In this document: piece by piece, positions 55,972 to 63,517 of the stretch | How positions within the stretch are numbered: position 1 is the first letter of the stretch | How the letters are laid out: every line of letters starts with the position of its first letter | Assembly (NCBI GenBank): GCA_026396115.1 | Contig: JAPLXL010000005.1 | Location: 2,967-66,966 of the forward strand | DNA length: 64,000 nt | Direction of reading: 5' to 3' | Source: Candidatus Nealsonbacteria bacterium | Lineage (GTDB): Bacteria > Patescibacteriota > Minisyncoccia > Minisyncoccales > RBG-13-42-11 | Notes under the pieces: generated by a model | The model's input: only the letters and a program-made list of their open reading frames with translations | What the model was told of the DNA's origin: nothing | Database searches by the model: none | Translations under genes and position numbers: made by a program

Positions 55972-57027
55972 ATGGATTTAATACAATTTCAAAAATTATT
56001 TAAGAAAGAACCAAGATATCGTTCGGAGCAAGCTAAAAGATCCCTTTTCCGGGATTTAATTCAAAACTGGCAGGAAGCGGTGACCCTACCCTTAAGTTTA
56101 AGAGAAGAATTAAATAAAAAATGTCCGATTGAAATATCGGCAAAAACATTTTTTTCTAAAGACAAAAATACAATAAAAGCTCTTCTTACTCTAAAAGATG
56201 GTCTGAAAATTGAAACAGTTTTGATGCGTCATAAAGATAAAAGAAATACCATTTGCGTTTCTTCTCAGGTTGGTTGTCCTCTGAAGTGTTCTTTTTGTGC
56301 CACAGGAAAGATAGGATTTGAAAGAAACCTAGAGATTTGGGAAATTGTTGAACAAGTTTTATTTTTCGCCCGTTATTTGAAAAAAATTAAAGAGACGGTC
56401 AGTAATATTGTCTTTATGGGAATGGGAGAGCCATTTTTAAATTATCAGAATGTAATAGGGGCAATAAAAATCTTGAACGATAGAGATGGATTTAATTTAG
56501 GAGCAAGGCATTTTTCAATCTCTACTGTTGGAATTGTTGAGGGAGGGATTGAAGAATTAGCCAAAGAAAAATTACAGATAAATTTAGCTATTTCTCTTCA
56601 TGCGCCAAATGACGAACTCCGTTCAAAATTGATGCCGATTAACAAAAAATATCCTATCAAGAAGATTTTAAATGCGGTAGACGACTACATTAAGAAGACT
56701 CGGCGGCGGGTAATGTTTGAGTATATAATGATAAAGAATTTAAATGATTCTGAAGAACACGCTCAAACATTAGCCGGGTTGATGAAAAAACCTCTTTATT
56801 TTGTTAATCTAATTTCTTATAACCCAACTGGAATTTTTAAACCTTCCTCCTCCCGAGCAACAGCGAAGGGGGAAGAAGAAAATCTATTTTCTTCGCCCTC
56901 TTTAAGAATTAAAAAATTTAAAGAAATCTTAGAAAAAGAGGGTGTGATGGTTACCCAGAGATATCGTTTTGGCGAAGATATTGAGGCTGCTTGTGGCCAA
57001 CTGGTGGCTAAAGATGGGAGAAAATAA
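55972..57027 (+). CDS. rlmN: 23S rRNA m2A2503 methyltransferase
   Basis: CVSSQVGCPLKCSFC, MGMGEP, ISLHA, AACGQL. Confidence 0.95.
   Translation: MDLIQFQKLFKKEPRYRSEQAKRSLFRDLIQNWQEAVTLPLSLREELNKKCPIEISAKTFFSKDKNTIKALLTLKDGLKIETVLMRHKDKRNTICVSSQVGCPLKCSFCATGKIGFERNLEIWEIVEQVLFFARYLKKIKETVSNIVFMGMGEPFLNYQNVIGAIKILNDRDGFNLGARHFSISTVGIVEGGIEELAKEKLQINLAISLHAPNDELRSKLMPINKKYPIKKILNAVDDYIKKTRRRVMFEYIMIKNLNDSEEHAQTLAGLMKKPLYFVNLISYNPTGIFKPSSSRATAKGEEENLFSSPSLRIKKFKEILEKEGVMVTQRYRFGEDIEAACGQLVAKDGRK
56851..56898. repeat. Family A copy, in frame in rlmN (SRATAKGEEENLFSSP)
   Basis: 48 bp, reverse complement of tandem unit 4 type. Confidence 0.9.
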
Positions 57028-57152
57028 AAAATCGCCAAGAAGGCGGTTTTAAGGTTGACATTTTTTTAAAAAAGTTTATACTCAAAAACTGAAACTAGTT
57101 TTCATAAATTCGTTCGTTTAAAATTAAAAAATAGTTCAATCAAGGGAGATGA

Positions 57153-57752
57153 ATGAAGATGAAAGAATGGGTTGATATGGAAGGGAATCTTGTTTTTGAA
57201 ACAGGTTCAAAACAAATTAGTATTAACATTTTTAAAATGAGAGGTTTGACGGGGGCAAATATTAGATCTGTGTTCGGTCGCATTAAATCTTTAGGAGGCA
57301 GACTTTCCGATGATGGAGAAGCGTTTAAGAAAGAAAACAAAAAAGAAGGATGGATTTGTTTAAATCTTGACATGATTGTTAATCCGAAAGATAAAAATTC
57401 AACTGTTCAGAGAAAAATCATTGACGTTTTATCTCATGAAGCAAGACACATTACTCAACCTGAATCCAAAAGTGGATTATTAGAATTTTGCCGGAAGTTG
57501 TACATAATCTTTTTTTTGCCTCTCGCGATAATAAGTGCACTAGATGTAATTGCTCTAATTGTTTTTTGGGCAAAAGAATTTAGTGCTCCAATTTATGTTC
57601 TCTTAATTTTTTTTCCTACATTCTTAATTTTTATAGATATTTTTTATTTTTTAGACCCTAAAGAAAGAGATGCGAGAAAGTTTGCTAAAAAGGCAATTAA
57701 AGATAAAAGGTGGTTAGAGATCGTTCAGGTAAAAGAGGTAAAAGAAAAATAA
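57153..57752 (+). CDS. Membrane protein with HExxH motif (putative metallopeptidase)
   Basis: LSHEARH, two TM, ERDA. Confidence 0.6.
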   Translation: MKMKEWVDMEGNLVFETGSKQISINIFKMRGLTGANIRSVFGRIKSLGGRLSDDGEAFKKENKKEGWICLNLDMIVNPKDKNSTVQRKIIDVLSHEARHITQPESKSGLLEFCRKLYIIFFLPLAIISALDVIALIVFWAKEFSAPIYVLLIFFPTFLIFIDIFYFLDPKERDARKFAKKAIKDKRWLEIVQVKEVKEK

Positions 57753-57795
57753 AATAAGGACATTTTCAAAAAATGTCCTTATTATTTTTAATGTG

Positions 57796-57935
57796 GAGGA
57801 AAAGCGGTAGATACGGTAAAAATAGCTTTGGAACACACAAATTCATCCCGTTATCGTTGATAAACGCCTCAGAGAGCTAAATTACGGCGATTTTAACGGT
57901 AAGCCAAGCGAGATTGTAGAACCAATGAGGGCGGT
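57796..57935 (+). pseudogene. Histidine phosphatase (phosphoglycerate mutase family) internal fragment
   Basis: AVDTVKIA...DKRLRELNYGDFNGKP; no start or RHG motif. Confidence 0.6.
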
Positions 57936-58043
57936 TTTTTATTTGACATTTTTGATACTTTATATTATAAACAATATAGATAATAGCTTTTTAAAAATTA
58001 GGCATCAGAATAGAATTTTAAATTTTAAAAGGAGGTAGGAACA

Positions 58044-58865
58044 ATGAAAAACAGGAGGGTAGTTTTGATAACCGGAGCTTCTTCCGGTTTCGGGAGGGCT
58101 ACTGCTGAATATTTAACTGAAAGGGGTTATTGGGTTTTTGGAACCAGCCGTCATCCTAAAAAACTAGAACCATTTGATACTGAAAAGTGGCAAGAAATTA
58201 TCAAAATGGATGTAAATTGCAATGAATCGGTTAAAAAGGGGATCGTTTTCGTGATGCAAAAAGCCGGCAGAATAGATATTTTAATAAATAACGCTGGCTT
58301 CGGTCTTACAGGAAGCATCGAAGACACTTCATTAAAAGAAGCAAGACATCAGTTTGAAACGAATTTTTGGGGAATGGATCGGACTTGCCTCCAGATTATT
58401 CCCATTATGAGAAAGCAAGGGTCTGGTTATATCATTAATATCAGCTCCTTGGCCGGTCTGGTAGGTATTCCTTTCCAAGCTTTTTACTCGGCAAGTAAAT
58501 TTGCCGTCGAAGGATTTACTGAAACACTAAGAATGGAAGTAAAGCCTTTCGGCATAAAAGTGGTTCTTCTTGAACCTGGAGATTTTAACACTCCTCTTAC
58601 TTTTAATCGTCAAAAAACAAAGGAGGCACAGGAAAAAACAGTTTATTGGGAAAGTTTTCAGAAAGCCCTAAGTGCGGCTGAGGAATCAGAAATAAAGGGG
58701 GGGTCTCCTAAAAAAATTGCTCAGTTAATAGAGAGAATAATAAACACTGATAAACCAAAATTACGTTATAAAATCGGACCCAGCTCAACTCTGGTTTCGT
58801 TGAAAGCTTTCATTCCTGCTCGTATTTGTGAATACTTAATAATGAAAACTTTCAAGCTCCTTTGA
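58044..58865 (+). CDS. Short-chain dehydrogenase/reductase
   Basis: TGASSGFG, NNAG, YSASK. Confidence 0.93.
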   Translation: MKNRRVVLITGASSGFGRATAEYLTERGYWVFGTSRHPKKLEPFDTEKWQEIIKMDVNCNESVKKGIVFVMQKAGRIDILINNAGFGLTGSIEDTSLKEARHQFETNFWGMDRTCLQIIPIMRKQGSGYIINISSLAGLVGIPFQAFYSASKFAVEGFTETLRMEVKPFGIKVVLLEPGDFNTPLTFNRQKTKEAQEKTVYWESFQKALSAAEESEIKGGSPKKIAQLIERIINTDKPKLRYKIGPSSTLVSLKAFIPARICEYLIMKTFKLL

Positions 58866-59048
58866 AAACTAAAAAGCGGTGAGGTTTCTGCCAATACCCG
58901 CTTTTTTATTTTTAGGCTTTAAAAACTCAAAATATAAATTAAGATTACTTAAATACTGAAATAAATATTGACAATTGGCAAAATATATTTTATTATATAA
59001 TATTCTATTAGGATATTTTTTCATTAGATCTTTAAAAAGGAGGTATGG

Positions 59049-59153
59049 ATGATGAGAAATTTATTGAAATGGTTATTTTCAGAGGAATGTTTATTTTGGA
59101 TTATTTTACTGACGGCTCTATTATTTATCTTTCTTAGGTGGCGTACAATATAG
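59049..59153 (+). CDS. 34-aa single-TM small protein
   Basis: MMRNLLKWLFSEECLFWIILLTALLFIFLRWRTI; AAGGAGGT SD and upstream promoter. Confidence 0.5.
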   Translation: MMRNLLKWLFSEECLFWIILLTALLFIFLRWRTI

Positions 59154-59192
59154 TTTTTAGTTAATAATTTTTAAGAAAGGAGAAAAAGTAGT

Positions 59193-59444
59193 ATGAAAAA
59201 TTTTGGAGAGGATAAAACCGGAATATTTAGATACGAAGTAGGGATTAAAGAACTGGAAGAAATAATATTTCTCAAATCGTTTAAATGGGGTAGTACAACC
59301 AATGCTTCTTTTATAAAATTCATCGAAAAATTAGAAGACGAGAATATCAAATACGCCATTGAAGCGAATAGTGCGTTCAAATGCCAAAACGTCTATATAG
59401 AAAGAAAAGATAAGCCAAAAATTAGCTTGTTAAAATTACTGTAG
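59193..59444 (+). CDS. Hypothetical protein
   Basis: 83 aa, AAGGAG SD, hairpin terminator after stop. Confidence 0.6.
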   Translation: MKNFGEDKTGIFRYEVGIKELEEIIFLKSFKWGSTTNASFIKFIEKLEDENIKYAIEANSAFKCQNVYIERKDKPKISLLKLL

Positions 59445-59589
59445 GTCGGGGAAAATCTCGACCTATTTATTTTGGTTTATGTTTTTAGGAAGCTATTCTA
59501 TGCAGTTTTTAGGGGATTATTTAAAAAGTCGCTAAAAGGGCGTTTTTTTGGTAGAATATAGTATAAAGAGTTTCTACTAAAATTAATTT

Positions 59590-60381
59590 ATGATAATAGA
59601 TAGCCACGTTCATATATCCTATCTAAAAAAGAAAAAAAGCTTCTTTCAAATAAAGGATGATTTGTTATTGAATATGAGACAAAACAAAATTGATTATTCT
59701 ATTGTAATTCCAGATAACATATCGAATTCCCAATGTGCAGACCTTCAAGTGGTTATGGATTTAATAAAAAATAAATCAAATCTATACATGATCGGAACGA
59801 TAAGAATTGCTCAAATTAACAAAATAAACCTCTTGGAAATTGAAAAGTTATTTCAACTAAAAATTATTAGGGGCTTTAAGATTTTCCCCGGCCATGATCC
59901 TATTTATCCGACAGATAAAAGGTGGCATCCTGTTTATAAATTATGTATAAAATATGACTTTCCGTTAATTATTCATACCGGAATTAATGTCGGCAATAGA
60001 AAATGTGCCAGATATAATAACCCTAAACATATTATTAAAATTGCTAAAAAATATCCCAAATTAAAAATTATTATCGCTCATTATTTTTGGCCTAAATTAG
60101 ATTATTGTTTTTCAATAACCAATGGTTTCAATAATATTTACTTTGACACTTCCGGATTAGCCGATCCAGAAGTAGTAAAGATAAGCGGAGGTATCAAAAA
60201 AATAAAAGGAATTTTGATAAAGACAATAAAACGTCGAGCCGAAAGCGTACTCTTTGGAACCGATTGGCCGATGTGTAATGTTAAAAAACATATAAATTTA
60301 GTAAACTCTTTGGATATAACAAAGGAAGAAAAAAATAAGATTTTTTATAAGAATTCTCGACACCTCTTTAGGTTGAAGTGA
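59590..60381 (+). CDS. Amidohydrolase family protein
   Basis: IDSHVH, IHTG, IAH, YFDTS, LFGTDWP. Confidence 0.9.
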   Translation: MIIDSHVHISYLKKKKSFFQIKDDLLLNMRQNKIDYSIVIPDNISNSQCADLQVVMDLIKNKSNLYMIGTIRIAQINKINLLEIEKLFQLKIIRGFKIFPGHDPIYPTDKRWHPVYKLCIKYDFPLIIHTGINVGNRKCARYNNPKHIIKIAKKYPKLKIIIAHYFWPKLDYCFSITNGFNNIYFDTSGLADPEVVKISGGIKKIKGILIKTIKRRAESVLFGTDWPMCNVKKHINLVNSLDITKEEKNKIFYKNSRHLFRLK

Positions 60382-60405
60382 TTTAATATAAAAATATAAA
60401 ATAAA

Positions 60406-60439
60406 AATGAGGTCATCAATTTTTCTTAATGACCTCATT
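60406..60439. terminator. Hairpin between convergent genes
   Basis: AATGAGGTCAT...ATGACCTCATT. Confidence 0.6.
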
Positions 60440-61748
60440 CAATGAGTTGGTAAGTGCTATACTCCAATCCTTCTTCAATCAGCTGTTTATAAACATCCAT
60501 TATTCGTTTCCGCGAGACCGTAGGATCAACTTCGAAAGGATAATTATAGACCGTTTTCGTAAAATCATCCCATTGGGTCCAATCTTTTTGTGCTATCCAT
60601 TGCGATGTTTCACGATATAACTCTGTATTGGGAAATGGTGTGAGAAAAGAAAAATTTAACAAACTCGGCCTAATTTTTCGCACTAAATCTATAGTTAAGT
60701 TAATATCCTCTTTTCTTTCTCCGGGAACACCGACGATTAAATAAGCTCCAGCCCGTAATCCTACTTCGTGGCAAGCAATAAAGGTTCTGATTACTTCTTC
60801 ACGAGTAAAGCCCTTTTTAAGAAAGGATAGAATTCTATTGCTTCCCGACTCAACACCAAAAAGTAATTCAGTGCAACCTGCTTCTTTCATTGCAGAGAGC
60901 ATCTCTAAGTCAACTATCCCTACTTTACCTTGAGCACTCCATTTTAAGAGTAGAGTTCTTTGTTTAATTTCTTGGCAAATCATCATAATCTTTTCTTGCT
61001 GTAGTGTAAACAAATCATCAAATAGAAATATATCGTCGGGATGATATTGTTCCCAAAGTTGTTGCATCTCATCGACTACTAGTTTTGGGTTTCGGTATCG
61101 ATAGGTACGACCAATCACTGACTTGTCACAAAAGATACAGCCGAACGGGCATCCTCGGGAAGTAATCATGTGCAGAGATGTCATATTGGTATTCTCTTGC
61201 CATATTTTTAGATAAAGCGGTACATTGAATAATTCTCTGGCAGGAAACGGTAATAAATCCAATTCCGGAAGTGAAACGCTGGATTTGGTTTGTATTAATT
61301 TTCCACCGTCCACAAAAACAATATTTGGAATCTCCTCAAGATTGCCGTCTCGCTTAAAACAAGTTATTAACTGTTTCAGGGTTAACTCGCCTTCTCCGCG
61401 GACAAAAATGTCGAATTTCCCCATTGTAAATAATTCTGGCAATGTCAAAGAATGAGGGCCATAACCTCCGACGATTATTTTACATAAAGGTGAACTCGCT
61501 TTTACTAAATTAGCAATTCTTCCAGCCTCCTTCATCTGCCGTAGAGTAGCCGAAATACAAACTACTTCGCTATTTATCCCGGTAATTGCTTTTTCATAGC
61601 TTTCGCTACTAAGAATTTGCCCGTCAATACAATTTATATCATCCACTAAATCTTGAATACTAGCAGCTAAGTATCCAATCCCCAATGGTAGATATGGTGT
61701 ACGGTCGTAATAGTAAAAAATTTTAGGATAAACAAAGGTCACTTTCAT
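60435..61748 (-). CDS. Cobalamin-binding radical SAM protein (class B methyltransferase-like)
   Basis: PLGIGYLAA, VRGEGE, TSRGCPFGCIFC, GVESGS, TPFPNT. Confidence 0.9.
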   Translation of the reverse strand: MKVTFVYPKIFYYYDRTPYLPLGIGYLAASIQDLVDDINCIDGQILSSESYEKAITGINSEVVCISATLRQMKEAGRIANLVKASSPLCKIIVGGYGPHSLTLPELFTMGKFDIFVRGEGELTLKQLITCFKRDGNLEEIPNIVFVDGGKLIQTKSSVSLPELDLLPFPARELFNVPLYLKIWQENTNMTSLHMITSRGCPFGCIFCDKSVIGRTYRYRNPKLVVDEMQQLWEQYHPDDIFLFDDLFTLQQEKIMMICQEIKQRTLLLKWSAQGKVGIVDLEMLSAMKEAGCTELLFGVESGSNRILSFLKKGFTREEVIRTFIACHEVGLRAGAYLIVGVPGERKEDINLTIDLVRKIRPSLLNFSFLTPFPNTELYRETSQWIAQKDWTQWDDFTKTVYNYPFEVDPTVSRKRIMDVYKQLIEEGLEYSTYQLIE

Positions 61749-61847
61749 TAATATATCCTCCTCGTATAAAGATTTTAAAGAGCTGTTTAATAAATATTAA
61801 CCTAATCTATTGAAAAAGACAAGAAACACTCTGATTAAAAAAAATAA

Positions 61848-61884
61848 CTGAGGATTAGATGAAATTATTCATCTAGATCCTCAG
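61848..61884 (-). terminator. Intrinsic terminator after small peptide
   Basis: CTGAGGAT.TAGATGAA...TTCATCTA.ATCCTCAG followed by T-tract on minus strand. Confidence 0.75.
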
Positions 61885-61897
61885 CTTTGAACGGGCC

Positions 61898-62008
61898 CTA
61901 TTTTTTCTTGCCAGCGGCCCTTTTGGACTTCTTGGCGGACGGGATTTTCTTCCGTACGCTAAGTGAAGTCACCTTCTTGCTGTCGAGAACAGCCTTGCAC
62001 TTTGACAT
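61898..62008 (-). CDS. 36-aa Lys-rich peptide, candidate RiPP precursor
   Basis: MSKCKAVLDSKKVTSLSVRKKIPSAKKSKRAAGKKK; SD GGGGGTGA; not in ORF track. Confidence 0.7.
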   Translation of the reverse strand: MSKCKAVLDSKKVTSLSVRKKIPSAKKSKRAAGKKK

Positions 62009-62044
62009 AGCCTTTCACCCCCTTTCTTTTCTGTTTGTGTGAAA

Positions 62045-62584
62045 TTAGTCTATAACAACAAGTCGTAGATACTTGTTGGGACCTTCTGGGAATTTAGAAA
62101 TACTATCTACACATCGATACGTTTCCATAATCTTTTTAAGAAGTCTTGGATGTAGACGTTTGAAGAGTGTAACGGCTCGATCTCGAAAAAGAACATCGGC
62201 TGCTTTTTGTTTCGAAAAGAGACAATCAAGATGTAGAATTAGATACACTATACTATTTTCTGTAGCAAATGCCAAAGGATACATTCTGCATACCAATGGC
62301 CTTTTGCTATAAATGGTGCATCTCTTTTTTTTACAAAATGGACAAGGAGGTTTAAATCGTTCAATATTAATTTTCTTATCCTTCTCAGTAAATGACTGGA
62401 GAAATGAGATATTGTTGTTGATTTCTAATATTTCTACTCCGTCTTGATATAATCTCTCAGCTTCCTGTGGTATAAGCCAGATAAAGCCCTGACAGTCATC
62501 ATCCTGACATTGCTGGCAAACTTCGCTAATCCCCAGAAATAAAGATCCGAGTGCTTTATAAAGTTCATTAAGTTTTTTAATCAT
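62045..62584 (-). CDS. YkgJ/FliB-like cysteine cluster protein
   Basis: CQQCQDDDC, CPFC...CTIYSKRPLVCRMYP. Confidence 0.85.
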   Translation of the reverse strand: MIKKLNELYKALGSLFLGISEVCQQCQDDDCQGFIWLIPQEAERLYQDGVEILEINNNISFLQSFTEKDKKINIERFKPPCPFCKKKRCTIYSKRPLVCRMYPLAFATENSIVYLILHLDCLFSKQKAADVLFRDRAVTLFKRLHPRLLKKIMETYRCVDSISKFPEGPNKYLRLVVID

Positions 62585-63500
62585 TTCTACACCTCGCTTT
62601 TTTAGTAAGTGGACAAGGAATCCCTTTATTCAGGCAGAAGACTAGATTGTTGCCCGTATAAATTTGATAGCAACATCTCAAGCGCGGATTGTTAACAAAA
62701 TTACCCGTACTTTCTTGTAGCTTTTCCCTAAATTCCGGGTTGTTTATATGTCCTATCGCTGATAAGGGACGCCGTAAGGCAACTTCAGTACAAGGATAAA
62801 CCATTCCATTAGAGGTAAGATAGAGAACTGAAAGATCCGCACTGCACCTATCCTCTGGTTTACTAAGATTTCCTCCGGTAGTGTCCTTTGCAAATTGCTG
62901 GAGATAAGATTTTTGTTGTTCTGTTATTTGAAGTAATTTCTGGTAATTTAAAGCACGTCCTGCCATAGTAATTTCAGAAATATGTACTCTGTTTGTTCCT
63001 AATGACCACGCAAGTTTTATTACGCATTCCATGTCATTAACATTTATTTTTGAAACAGTAAAATAAACTGAGACTGGTAGATAATCTACAAATATCTTAA
63101 TGGCTTGGCAAGCTCTTTCAAAACTATGTCTACCCCGAATAAAGTCATTGATTTCTGGTTTTGAACCGTCAAGACTTACACCTACCGCTTCAACAACCTT
63201 AACTAATTGCTGAACCAAACTGTGATCAACAGTAAATCCATTAGTTAAAAGTTGAATATTTATTCCTTCTTCTCTGCAATCATTTAGAATTATTAGCAGG
63301 TTTTTGAGAGCTAAAGGTTCTCCGCCGGTAATCATAAGGTTCTTACAGCCGAGACCAGCCATTGTCTTTATCGCTTTTTTTATACCATTAAGAGTAAGTT
63401 CATTTCTTCTAGGTTTACCGCAGTTATTCAAACAATGCAGACAGTTTAAGTTGCACCTTGTTGTTATTTCCCAATGCCATTCTCTGTGGTCTCCTGACAT
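62577..63500 (-). CDS. Radical SAM protein with Cys-containing C-terminal extension
   Basis: WEITTRCNLNCLHC, TGGEP, TNG, VSLDG; C..GMVYPC twitch-like. Confidence 0.9.
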   Translation of the reverse strand: MSGDHREWHWEITTRCNLNCLHCLNNCGKPRRNELTLNGIKKAIKTMAGLGCKNLMITGGEPLALKNLLIILNDCREEGINIQLLTNGFTVDHSLVQQLVKVVEAVGVSLDGSKPEINDFIRGRHSFERACQAIKIFVDYLPVSVYFTVSKINVNDMECVIKLAWSLGTNRVHISEITMAGRALNYQKLLQITEQQKSYLQQFAKDTTGGNLSKPEDRCSADLSVLYLTSNGMVYPCTEVALRRPLSAIGHINNPEFREKLQESTGNFVNNPRLRCCYQIYTGNNLVFCLNKGIPCPLTKKARCRND

Positions 63501-63517
63501 TATTAACCACCTCCTTT

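Noticed and set aside
35402..59557. Classical integron with attC sites
   Set aside because: No intI, and junctions lack RYYYAAC/GTTRRRY boxes; reported instead as a different junction type
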